Shown here: piece after piece, positions 1 through 10,280 of the stretch
Position numbering within the stretch: position 1 is the first letter of the stretch
Layout of the letters: each line of letters opens with the position of its first letter
Assembly (NCBI GenBank): GCA_900617105.1
Contig: UYFQ01000318.1
Coordinates: 1-40,317, forward strand
Origin: Hydrurus foetidus
Taxonomy: Eukaryota
Reading direction: 5' to 3'
Length of the DNA: 40,317 nucleotides
Position numbers and translations under genes: made by a program
The notes under the pieces: generated by a model
The model's database searches: none
What the model saw: only the letters and a program-made list of their open reading frames with translations
What the model was told of the DNA's origin: nothing

Positions 1-1
1 T

Positions 2-216
2 GTATCACGACGCGATTATATGGAATACTTTATCGATTCCATTCTTCAACACCAAGGCAATTCCAGACGCAAAACCAAATGCGGTTTTTAGTCAAATGGA
101 CTGACTTTGATGACTCGCACAATACGTGGGAGTCGCGGAAGAATCTTCGTCTTACAGACGCCCTTCACATATTTATGCCTTCACGGCATGTCGAAATAAT
201 TCCGACAGACAAGTAA
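2..216 (+). pseudogene. C-terminal chromodomain of Gypsy integrase (partial, one frameshift near 75-80)
   Basis: Manual translation across two frames gives EYFIDSILQHQGNSRRKT/MRFLVKWTDFDDSHNTWESRKNL, matching the chromodomain pattern Y.I..I..H...FLVKW.......TWE...NL. Confidence 0.8.
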
Positions 217-527
217 GTCCCCCAGGAACGACTCCACACATTATCTTTTGAAGATTCCTCCTCATTTTACAACGTTACGTTGCTTTAGGAGGTTTAGTCA
301 GTAAAATCTGACATAAATGTGTGTGTAGGGGAACACTTAGTTACAACACATCTAGGCACCCTCGTTTCGCTTTCCCCATCTCTCTACATGTACAAATATC
401 TGTATTTATTGTACGCATTTATTTCTGTATTTTATTTTATTTTTTATTTTATTATCTTTTTCTGCATTTTTTTTTCTCACGCTTGAGTCATATTTGTTTT
501 GTTACACACTGTAGCTAGAGACTCACC

Positions 528-586
528 AAGAGAGAGAGAGGGAGAGGGAGAGAGAAATGAGAAAAACGAGAGATAAGTAGGGGTAG
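528..586 (+). other. GA-rich polypurine tract of the Gypsy element
   Basis: (AG)n tract ending AGATAAGTAGGGGTAG directly before the TG of the LTR. Confidence 0.8.
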
Positions 587-794
587 TGTGGCTCCCTCAG
601 GGTCTGCCACCCCATTCAGCCGATTAGATACTGTTTCCACCTTAGTACCTTCGTGTTCACAGCCACGACTATCAGTCACTAGCTAGTTTGTGCTGCCTTG
701 CAGAAGTTACTAGCGTACCTTCTGGTTGCATCCCTAACTAATTAGCTCCTTTTAGCCTTTAGACTTCCCTTCTCTTTTGCCTTCCAAGGTCACA
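587..794 (+). repeat. Gypsy 3' LTR (208 bp)
   Basis: TGTGGC...GTCACA ends; about 13 substitutions versus 34632-34839 by manual alignment. Confidence 0.92.
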
Positions 795-1096
795 CCTGCA
801 AGAAGCATGACATTTTTGCTGGGTGCGTTCGGCAATCGAGAAAACGTGAATATCTCACCATTTTTTCTCCGATTCTGGAATATCCTCGACTTTTCCAGAA
901 TCGATGTTCGGTAATACTTCTGAAGCTTCAGAAATCATGAAAAGTTGACGTTCTTGAAGGAACAAGTTTGAGAAGAATTCTGGACACTTCAGCTTCTTCG
1001 TGTTCTGAAAGTGAGTTACCGAACGCTGCCGCCAAATTCACATGCAATTTTGGGCACGAACTTACTTTACTCTTCCACAATTCATTACTCTCCACG

Positions 1097-2321
1097 ATGT
1101 CCTCAACAGGTGACACGAAGAAAAAGGAACCCAGTGCAAACTGGACGGAGGCTAACAGGAAAGCTCTCATAGACATTCTTGCCACTCATTCTGGTGGGAG
1201 ATACAACCACCTTCTCAATGATAAAAAGAAGTGGTTGCTCATCGTGAAGGACTTTCACGACGCCACAGGAAAGTCACATTGATTTTATGCAGCCGATAAA
1301 GCTCTGCTTCGCTTTTTTTCTGCAACTCTAATGACAGTTTCAACTCTGTAGGGCTGGCGTACACGAAGGCCATGATGAGGACCCAAGTGGCCGCTCTGAA
1401 GCGGAACCTAACGTCCTTCCACCATTACGCCACTCAGAGCGGATTCGGTGTTGACGCTCGCGGAGTGGTAACGGGGGCGCCCAGTGCGCTAAATGCCTAC
1501 TACGCTTGCCACAGCGGAGCATCGCAATTTGCAAATGCTCCGCTGGCATTTTACGAAGAACTTCTGGAGCTTTTTGGACGTAAGTATTTCTTGCCATCTC
1601 TTTCCCCGAAATAGACTCTACTCTGTAAAAATCCTCATTCTTCTCTTTATCATATGACACTGACATCGACCAAACGACTGGCCAACTGACCGACCTACCG
1701 ACTGACTGACTGACCGACCGACCGACCGACCGACATCAATAACTGATTCACCGACTGACTGACCGACCAACCGACATCAATGACCGACTTGCTGACTGAC
1801 TGACCGATGATTTCGAAGGCGACGTTGCAACTGGTCAGTTCGCTGCCTCCTCGGTTGGAGCTAAGCGTTCCATCGGCTCTCTTGCATCTGTCACCTCCGA
1901 AAACGCACCCATCATCGTTGTCGGACTTTCTCAAGAAGCGACAGTCCCCATCGACTTGATCGCGGAGGCCCCAAAGCCTAAGCCTCCAGCCGAATCGGAA
2001 CTCAAGACATCTTCACCAAGTGTCCCACAGCCCCCCACTGTGCGTCCCTTTGTGAAGAAGCTCAAGACAAAGCCAGAGGGTGTCGTAACCGAGCTCATTC
2101 GCCAGATCATTGCATCCCAGGAGGGCTTCTACAGCCGCATGTCACCCTATGACAAGGCGATCAAGATTTTCGAGGATCGATTCAGCTTCGGCCTTACCGA
2201 TCACGAATCAATGGGATTTATCACCTTGTTTGCTGATAGCCCCTCTGCTGTTCAACAATTTCTGTCATTTACTGAACACCAACGTGATCTTTTTGTTATG
2301 AGAAACAAAAGCAAGATGTAA
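1097..2321 (+). CDS. Myb/SANT-like DNA-binding accessory protein of PIF/Harbinger (3 exons: about 1097-1268, 1352-1579, 1819-2321)
   Basis: The spliced product joins ORFs 968, 1372 and 1956 in frame: ANWT...KKWLLIVKDFHDATGLAYTK...QSGFGVD...YEELLELFGRDVATG. Intron 2 is GTAAGT (1580) to AG (1818). The intron 1 donor is ambiguous. Confidence 0.8.
1665..1808. repeat. (CTGA/CCGA)n tetranucleotide microsatellite in intron 2 of the Myb/SANT gene
   Basis: Directly visible GACT/GACC tandem runs. Confidence 0.9.
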
Positions 2322-2499
2322 ACTATCTGCTCCATCCAATCATAAGTAGTTCAAATTATGAGCTTTGCATTGTGGTGCATCTCAAGAACGCATGGTGAAT
2401 TTTCTGTTTTATCCTCTCAGCTCTATTTTCACATTGCTGACGCATTCATTTTGGATATTTTTTTTACTTCATTTCTGATTCAGTCTTCAGTAAAAAAAA

Positions 2500-3711
2500 C
2501 TAACGTGTGTAAAATTTCTTATTAATAGTCAAAAATGTCAAATATTTTAAAAAGTTAGTTAAGTGAATCTGGTATTGGGCCCACATAGCATCAGCTATGC
2601 CATTCCGCCATGCTTTTAAAGCATTCATCTCTGCACCACCTTCTTCAACTTCAAAGTCGTCGTCGTCAATTGCATTGTCAGGTACATCATCATCATCTAG
2701 TTCGAAAAATTCATCTTCATACAATTGATTAATGCGTACAAAATTGTGAAGTAAAAAGCAACACTGCACTATATGGCATTGGAACTCATATGAATAAGGG
2801 CTCATTTTCACTAGCACAGGGAATCTGCGTTTACACACACCAAACAATCTCTCTACCGCATTCCTTAGGGATGAGTGACGTAAGTTAAAAAGCTCTTTAC
2901 TAGTGGCAGGACCATGTCCATTAAGATCGAATTCTACAAGATGATAACATACTCCTCTATAGGGTGTTAGAACATACTTACTAAGTCCATATCCACCATC
3001 GCCCAAATAGTATTTTCCTGGTATCAAAGGCAATCCCCTAGCTCTAGCGTCGTGCAACACCCTACTGTCGTGTGCAGATCCCTCCCATCCAAACAAAGCG
3101 TATCCGAAGGTGAGATCAAAATTCGCGACTCCAAGTACATTCTGGGAAATAAACTTTTTCCTGTTACGGTATGGACCCTGCAATGCTAAAGGAATAACTG
3201 CATGAATATGCGTCCCATCAAGTGCCCCAATACAGTCGTTGAAGAAAGGAGAGAACTTCGCTGAGTTCGCTATTTGCGAAGGAACTGGATCACCAACCTT
3301 TGCAGGAACGAAAATCAAGTGTTTCACACTTATGAGACAGTTGCTCACTTCATGAACTATCTCGGAGATGGTGGCGCTACTATGCTGCCACCTCTCTGCT
3401 GTCTCACGATTCGTATGCCCACGAAGGACATAGATCAATATCATAATTTTTTGACCTGCGCATATATACATTGAATTACGTAATTCACCGGGACCAGTTA
3501 GAACGTCTTTCAACAAGTTGAATGTCTCCTTATCCATTCTTACAACTTGCAAGAATCGGTTGACATTGACTGTAGCCATTATTTCTCTGTAATAGAGATC
3601 CCCTGTGAGGACTGAATTATGTTGAGGAATGGGCTGCATTCGAACTTGGTAGACACCAAGAAGAACAAGAGCTACTAAGACCAAGAAATTGATTTCACAG
3701 TTGGCATCCAT
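2500..3711 (-). CDS. PIF/Harbinger DDE transposase (HARBI1-like), apparently intact
   Basis: Motifs CIGALDGTHI, GWEGSAHDSRVL, YYLGDGGY, FNLRHSSLRNAVERLFGVCKRRF and CFLLHNF; first ATG at 3711. Confidence 0.93.
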   Translation of the reverse strand: MDANCEINFLVLVALVLLGVYQVRMQPIPQHNSVLTGDLYYREIMATVNVNRFLQVVRMDKETFNLLKDVLTGPGELRNSMYICAGQKIMILIYVLRGHTNRETAERWQHSSATISEIVHEVSNCLISVKHLIFVPAKVGDPVPSQIANSAKFSPFFNDCIGALDGTHIHAVIPLALQGPYRNRKKFISQNVLGVANFDLTFGYALFGWEGSAHDSRVLHDARARGLPLIPGKYYLGDGGYGLSKYVLTPYRGVCYHLVEFDLNGHGPATSKELFNLRHSSLRNAVERLFGVCKRRFPVLVKMSPYSYEFQCHIVQCCFLLHNFVRINQLYEDEFFELDDDDVPDNAIDDDDFEVEEGGAEMNALKAWRNGIADAMWAQYQIHLTNFLKYLTFLTINKKFYTR

Positions 3712-4815
3712 ATTCAACGTCTTAAAGATATGGGGCCGCGAGATTGTTGTGATGATAATTTGAGCCGAGTCTACTTGAAATTTTCATTTTCATTTCCATT
3801 ATCATGTTCATTTTCATGGAAAAAGCCGTTACCGTTCGGTAATATATTTTGTGAAGTGGAACTCAGACTTTTTCAGAATTTGCATTTCGAATTTCGGGTT
3901 GAAATACAAAATGTGAAATCTGAACTTTATATTATTGGAATTTACCGAACGCACCCGTTAACTAATGAAGAGATGGAGCTTTAATGTCAAGTACTTACCT
4001 GTAGGTCGAGAATTTCCTCCCATAGCGACTTTAACATGCCATATTTCTTTACAATGGTTGGTGATTTAATAGTACCTTTGGTGTCAGACGCCTGAAACAC
4101 GGCTTGACGTGATAGCAGGACTATTAGTGTGTTCTGAAAGCTAGATGTTTCGCCATGACTTGCGTCGTGGCATCTCTCAACTCTCTCCTGGTTGGAAATC
4201 ACCTCGAGCATCGCAAGTGATCGGTGAATGTCGAACATGTTTGCCGACATGATTTCCAAATATTGTGTTGACCTCGAGAAAAGAATCGACCTTAACGTTA
4301 CATTCATGTCAAAGTGTTGCCCATACATGAAAATGGGTTCTTTTTCATGCCTGAAAATGTTTCGTGCAACTCAAACACAGAAGTGCTCCAATAACCATTT
4401 TAAAATTTTGTCGAAAATTCGCTGAAATTCGGAAGGAATTTTGGACGGAAATAACTTTAAAAACGGAAAACGCAAACACGCTATTATCTCCAACAAATAT
4501 CTCCAACATTAGAGTGTTTGCGCACCGGAAAATCCGTCAAATTTCCGGGCCTTTACTTTTCCGGGGATTTTCTGTTTTTCGGCCCGATTCATTCCCGGAA
4601 ATTTCTTATCCGAGCACGTGCGCACCGGAAAATCTGACTCCTCAAGATTTCGGAAGATTCGACAGTGAATCGCCGACTTTTTTTGAAGATTCGTTTGTTG
4701 TCGACTCGAACTCGGAGTTTATCAACCTCTCTCGCTAGAGTTGCGCTCCTGACAGCATACTCACACATATCATTCCAAAGCAATCGGAGAGAAGTGAGCA
4801 CACTTTTGGGCATCT

Positions 4816-6207
4816 ATGGGTGACCAATTTGAATTCGTAACAGTTGAGAGGCTACCTGTCGGAAACCTTCAACTAAAACGTCGTGCAGGTGGCCACACAG
4901 CCCTTGAAATCTTGCATCTTGCGGAGAGTACCCGCATATTGACCAATATCTTTGCCTTACTGGAGGTTCTCGAGGATGAAGCTGACAGCGATGATGACGA
5001 CAGTGACATTGACGATGATTCCGACGACGAGGCTGCGGAAGAGGAGATCGAATTACTTGAATTGTTCGGAATATTACATGCATGGCGAATCCTTGATATC
5101 GATAATCCGAAGACTATTTCACTCAGATCGATAGTTCCGAAAGAAGTTACTGTCCAAATGTACACAGATGATGAATGTTGGAGATTACTGCGATTCCGGA
5201 AGAGCGATGTAGTGAAGCTCATGGGCTTATTGAACATTCCTCCACACCTCATCTCTCAGGATCGGCACAGCTTTCCACGAGAATTCGCTTTCATCCTTCT
5301 TTTACGCAGAATGGCGTACCCAGGTCGTCTAACAGATTTGGAGACTGAGTTTGGCAGGGAACATACAGCGTTAAGTCGATGCATTTCACTGATAGTTCAG
5401 TGGCTGGACGAGCATTACTCACGGAGGATTACCGATAACTTAGCGTTTTGGATGCCATACCAGCAGCGATATGCTGCTGCAGTAGCTCAGAAAGTAGACC
5501 TACCCGCCGGCATGATGCATGTGAACTCATTCTTAGACGGGACACAGAAGTCAGTTTGCAGACCGGGAGATGGTCCTGACAGACCGCACGATGCACAGCA
5601 CATGTGGTACTCCGGTTACTACAGAGCTCACGGATTCAAAATGCAGTCGATGATGTACCCTTCCGGTAATCTTATCTCTCATCAAATGCAATGTGCATTA
5701 CAATATCTCTATAACCCTAATACTCATTGCATATATCTCATATGTTATGCATCAGGTATGATAGGCCATTTGTACGGTCCAATATCTTGTAAACGTCACG
5801 ATTGTTATTTACTAAGAAGAAGTATGTTGCATGAAAAATTATCTATTTTGCTTGCTCAATTCCCCGTTGACTATTTATGCTATGGCGATGCTGCTTATCC
5901 GCTACTACGGTATATAACGCGTGGCGCAAGACGGGTTCGGAACCCTGGACCTAATAATGCACTAGATATTGAGAATAACAGAAAAATGTCAAAAGTAAGA
6001 GAGTGTGTTGAGTGGGGTTTTGGTAAAATTGTAAACTTGTGGGCTTTCCTAGACTTCAAAAAAAACTTACAGATATATTCCTCTCCGATTAGTACTTACT
6101 ATACTGTTATGGCTAATCTTACTAATTGCCACACATGTCTTTATGGTGGACAAACGGCTTCTTACTTTGAGTGTTTGCCACCCTCACTAGAAGAGTATTT
6201 GCAGTAG
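4816..6207 (+). CDS. Harbinger-superfamily DDE transposase with a probable in-frame 90-nt intron (5666-5755)
   Basis: Motifs RRMAYPGRL, FLDGT, YSGYYRAHGFKMQ, YGP...RHD, YGDAAYP, VRECVEWGFGK and LTNCHTCLYG. Removing GT(5666)...AG(5755) gives YPSG-MIGHLYGP. Confidence 0.9.
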   Translation: MGDQFEFVTVERLPVGNLQLKRRAGGHTALEILHLAESTRILTNIFALLEVLEDEADSDDDDSDIDDDSDDEAAEEEIELLELFGILHAWRILDIDNPKTISLRSIVPKEVTVQMYTDDECWRLLRFRKSDVVKLMGLLNIPPHLISQDRHSFPREFAFILLLRRMAYPGRLTDLETEFGREHTALSRCISLIVQWLDEHYSRRITDNLAFWMPYQQRYAAAVAQKVDLPAGMMHVNSFLDGTQKSVCRPGDGPDRPHDAQHMWYSGYYRAHGFKMQSMMYPSGNLISHQMQCALQYLYNPNTHCIYLICYASGMIGHLYGPISCKRHDCYLLRRSMLHEKLSILLAQFPVDYLCYGDAAYPLLRYITRGARRVRNPGPNNALDIENNRKMSKVRECVEWGFGKIVNLWAFLDFKKNLQIYSSPISTYYTVMANLTNCHTCLYGGQTASYFECLPPSLEEYLQ

Positions 6208-6252
6208 CTTTTTTCGCGTTGAATTAAAAAGATTGTGTGCAAGAAAAATTAT

Positions 6253-7007
6253 TTATTTAGATTCAAAAAGCGCTGACTCATTACTAAGACGGATTCTCTT
6301 CGCCTCTAAAAAGGTGTCTTCCTCGAGCTTAAGTTTTCTCTCAGCTAGTGCCATTTTTCTCTCTCTAAATGCCGCCATTTCGTTACCTCTAGCTACTCTA
6401 TTTGCCAACAGGCTAGACAATTGAGACTCAAAGGACTCCTTTTGTACAGCCGGAGTTACCTGAAATTCACAGTTCCACAGTGAGTTTAGTCAGTGACATT
6501 CATTTATCAAATCTTTCTTACCGATTGGCAGTTTTCAGCAAGGGTTTCTTTCTTTTTTGGTGTTCCTCTATCGCGCTTTAAGTGGTTCTCTTGCACTCTG
6601 GCATCGGTTTCGATTCCTTCTGTCTCCTCTTCCTTCAAAAGGGCTAAATCTGCGACCCTTTCTATGTCTTGCATGATTTCTTCAACACCTAATGCTACCT
6701 CGTCAAGCTGCTCGGTTGTTCCAGACTTAAACTTATGATTCTTTTTTGCATCCTGTTGCTCCCTCATAAGCTTATCAAATTGAATGGAGCAGCACTTTGC
6801 GCTTGGAAAAGATGAGTTTGGAAAATCGCTTTCTCTACTTTTAAGAGCCTCGCTTACTCCATCCCAGAAAGCTTGCTTCTGCCCATACTTCAATTCTGCG
6901 AAGTTGGCAACTCGTGTCGGAAATCCAATCAAAACCTCGGAGGTCAAGTGGCCGTTTGTTACCTTGTTCCAGGTGGTGTTTGGCGTCCGTTTCTTCAACT
7001 CTGTCAT
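6253..7007 (-). CDS. Accessory Myb/SANT/trihelix-like protein with a coiled-coil tail (2 exons, intron 6460-6521)
   Basis: ORF 6507-7016 (first ATG at 7007) contains FWDGVSEAL...SAKCCSIQFDKLMR...SGTTE. A GTAAG...TTTCAG intron joins in phase 0 to an exon ending TAA at 6253. Confidence 0.75.
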
Positions 7008-8161
7008 GGCTACCAAGAATTATGAAGTTTGCCTGTGTATGAGTTTCATTGTCAGCTTCCACAGAATCACAGCCCCAGATTTTCTCGGGAAATCTCCGGG
7101 ATCACTTTTCCGAGATACGTCGAAGAAGTGAAAATCTGGTCGGAGATTTGACGGAAAAGCGGTACCACGGCGGAAAATCCCCGAAATCGGGGGGGATTTT
7201 CGCCGGAAATTCCGGTGCGCAACCACCCTATTGTGCTCCCACCGTCACTGCGGTGCCGCGAAGTGCCAAAGGCAACTCCAACTATAGCTACTACTGATGC
7301 AAAACAAATAGTCGCTCCCTCGGCATACAAAGAGTCTATCACTAGTTGGAACTGCTGAAATGGTTTCTTTGCTGTTGGTCCTCGCTAGTGCCAACTTCAT
7401 CATGGTGTCGAGTCGCTCATACAACTGCAGCTTCTTCACTCGAACAGATCCTTTCCCTAGGATAATGGTAACTGGAGGAGCTGGTTTCATTGGAAGCACT
7501 TTAGTCAAAAGGCTGGAAGGCATGGAATATCCCTCCGTGAAAATTGTGGACAACGATTCTGTTTTGTACATGCTCCCTTATCCTTATCTTTCTCACAATT
7601 TCCGAAACCCCTTCAAAATTTCTTTTATATATATTTTCGCATTTGAAGTTAATGTACATATTTTTGATTTTCGTTTTTTTCGTTATCATTTATGTTACAT
7701 ATTGTTATTTTCAAACATAGAAACGGGGGTTTCGCCATAGTTTAGTTTAGTTTAGATTTTTCTTTGAGAAAGAAGGATAAGTGGGGGTAGTGTGGTAGTT
7801 CCGGGTCCAAGGTCCCGATCCTACCGGATAGTACTACGGTACACTACCCACCGTACACTACAGTCTGTTGTATCGTCGTAGCCACTTAGGTCGGTCCCAG
7901 TGGAGTACAAAATACAAAATACAAAATTCCTGTTTTGTACCTCTTACTTGTATTCTTGATTGTAGTGGAGTACAAAAAACAAAAAATTAAAAAAAAAGTA
8001 AATTTCCTGTTTTGTCGAGGTACAAAACAGGCCCCTTGTGACAAAATTCTTGAGCTTTTTTGTACCTCGATTGTACAGGTACATAATTAGAAAAATAATA
8101 TTTATATTACTAACAGCTCCTCCTAATCAACATCAATTCAACATCTGAAAGTTGATTTGAG

Positions 8162-9143
8162 ATGGAGAGGTTCACTAGTATCTTTGATGATGAAGGAATC
8201 GTCGTATTTGATAAATGGGCTGCGTATAGAAGGAAACGAGATAGAAATGATGACGAGGATGAGGAGGGTGAAGAAGAGCAGAAACAAGAAGTTGTTAAAG
8301 AAAAAAGACCATATGCTGCAAGGAACTATCAAGGGTATGATCCATTTCAAGCTGTGAAGTCGGAATGGTACCGAAGATATGTATCTGGAGTCGGTTGGTT
8401 CAAAAATAAAAGTCAATACGCCCAGTTCAGGCGACGATTCAGGATGCCCGACGCCAAGTTTCAAGGTCTAGTGAAACTGGCGAGAGAGCAGAAATGGTTT
8501 CCCACTTACGAACGGCGGAATGCATGTCACCAACCTGGGATTCCATTGGATTTATTCATTCTGGGTGCTTTGCGCTATCTAGGAAGAGGGTGGACTTTTG
8601 ACGATATCGCCGAGGCTACAGGGGTATCTGAGGAGTCACATCGCGTTTTCTTCAATTTGTTTGTCAAAGCTTGCAGGGAGTTTCCTATCCCATGTAGGTG
8701 AAACGATCAGAAACTGAAGAAGAAATCAGAGATCATATGTCAGAGTTTAAGGCGGCGGCATTCGATGGATGTATTGGGTCTGCAGATGTTACTCACATTA
8801 TAATGGAGAAGTGCTATGCGCGCTTAAAGAATCAGAATCTTGGGGAAAGGATTCTCATATAACTCGTGCATATCAACTTGTTGTCAATCACCGCCGGCAG
8901 ATACTTGCAACAACTGTTGGCTTCCCGGGACGATGGAACGATACTACTACAGTCCGATTTGATGACTTCATTACCGACATTCAGAGAAGTAATTATCTTG
9001 CTGACAATGTGTTCTCTCTGTATAATGAAAGGGGTATAGAGGAGAACTACAAAGGTGCCTGGATTCTTGTTGATGGAGGGTATCCATCGTGGACCTCACT
9101 GATATGCCCTTCCAAAGATTCATCTTCCGTCAAATGGCTCTAG
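8162..9143 (+). pseudogene. Frameshifted, C-terminally incomplete Harbinger-type transposase
   Basis: FRRRFRMP and GALRYLGRG are followed, after frameshifts, by GCIGSADVTHI, GFPGRWND and ILVDGGY; the third catalytic E region was not found. Confidence 0.85.
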
Positions 9144-9423
9144 GTTAATGTTTTTAAGTCCTTGTCTATCATGTATTGTATTTATTCATTCTTATTTTGT
9201 ATCCGTTCGATTGTAGTGGAGTACAAAATAAACATACAAAATTTTAAACTTTATTTATCGTTAAATCTATTCACATAATTATATTAACAAGTTTCAACTT
9301 ATATTCTCATACTTTCGAAGCATATTTATTTTTCCTTTTTTTGTATCCTGATTTTTGTACCTCTCGATCGTAGTGGAGTACACAATACAAAAACCAATTG
9401 TAACAATGCAAGTTATAAATCAA

Positions 9424-9470
9424 TTAAACACTATGAGTAGTTCTCTTTTTCACTAACCTCTTGCCTTCCT

Positions 9471-9513
<43 letters not shown>

Positions 9514-10280
9514 ACTGCTACTGCTACTGCTGCTACTACTGGATTTCTCTTGGTTGCTGTCCCTTTTGCTCCCGCTGCTCCCGATGCTCATTCTGCTGCT
9601 GCTGCTTCCGCTGCTGCCAATGACGGTGTTTGCTAGTGCGTTCACTGGGGCCTGAGCTGCAATCTTCTATTTAACTTTACGGAGCTCGCTGGGGGCAGAG
9701 CTTTTGAGTCCAACAGGTAGAGATGGTTTCTTACTGAAAAGGTGAATAGATGCTGATGGCACAATGGTAGGCTGATGCATTGGAATGGAGGATTGATACA
9801 CTGGTTCAGGTACAGGTTCTCCATTAGATCCCAGAATGAACTCAAGTGTTTCTGCATATGAACTCAAGTGGTCGGCATATTGATGATTTCCTTGACGGAA
9901 TCTTTGGTAACACCGCTCAAAATCCCAAACCCAGAACCAAATTTATCTCCGTCCCATAAGACTTTATAGCGATTATTCCTATTCAACAGTTGGTTGACTT
10001 GACCAAGCTGGTCGCCGCCATCACCATGGTATAATCTATCAAGTGACAATCAAATTGATGAGTTCTTGAGAGGTTAAAATGCTATAATCAGAGTTTAAAC
10101 AACTCACATTTCCATGTCTTCTTTCTGCGTCTTCTTTCTCCGAGCAGATCCCTCAATAATTGAGACATAGGCATTTGCAGCAAGAAGATACTGCAACGCC
10201 TTCAACTGGGGAGCTTTGAGTTTCTCGAGAAGTTTCTTCACGGACTTGGATTTGGCTTGCATAACCTTGTTTTTGACCAT
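9424..10280 (-). pseudogene. Degenerate accessory gene of transposon 3, ending in a poly-Ser tract
   Basis: A chain of short minus-strand ORFs (10104-10280, 9864-10049, 9667-9867, 9424-9645) with a GTGAG donor near 10107, convergent with the transposase. No domain recognised. Confidence 0.5.
9474..9541. repeat. (CTG/CTA)n trinucleotide microsatellite
   Basis: Directly visible; reads as poly-Ser on the minus strand. Confidence 0.95.

Larger units (their letters stand above)
1..794 (+). mobile_element. 3' end of a Ty3/Gypsy chromovirus-like LTR retrotransposon (chromodomain, 3'UTR, PPT, 3' LTR)
   Basis: Chromodomain-like translation at 2-216, purine tract 528-586, then a TG...CA repeat (587-794) that recurs as the 5' LTR of the Gypsy element at 34632. 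Confidence 0.9.
821..3956. mobile_element. PIF/Harbinger DNA transposon 1 (Myb/SANT-like gene and transposase, convergent)
   Basis: TIRs GGGTGCGTTCGGCAA / TTACCGAACGCACCC (14/15 match); flanks GCT and GTT (imperfect 3-bp TSD); subterminal GTTCGGTAA copies near 906, 1016 and 3834; typical two-gene content. Confidence 0.9.
4511..7229. mobile_element. PHIS-superfamily DNA transposon 2 (possibly Pangu-like)
   Basis: TIRs AGAGTGTTTGCGCACCGGAA versus reverse complement AGGGTGGTTGCGCACCGGAA (18/20); ATT on both sides (4508-4510, 7230-7232); CCGGAAA-rich subterminal repeats; transposase plus convergent accessory gene. Confidence 0.88.

Noticed and set aside
3987..4328. 113-aa minus-strand ORF with a GTAAGT donor between transposons 1 and 2
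   Set aside because: No recognisable motif; it could be a gene remnant but cannot be supported from sequence alone.
9461..9655. Poly-Leu membrane protein ORF
   Set aside because: Translation artefact of the CTG microsatellite.
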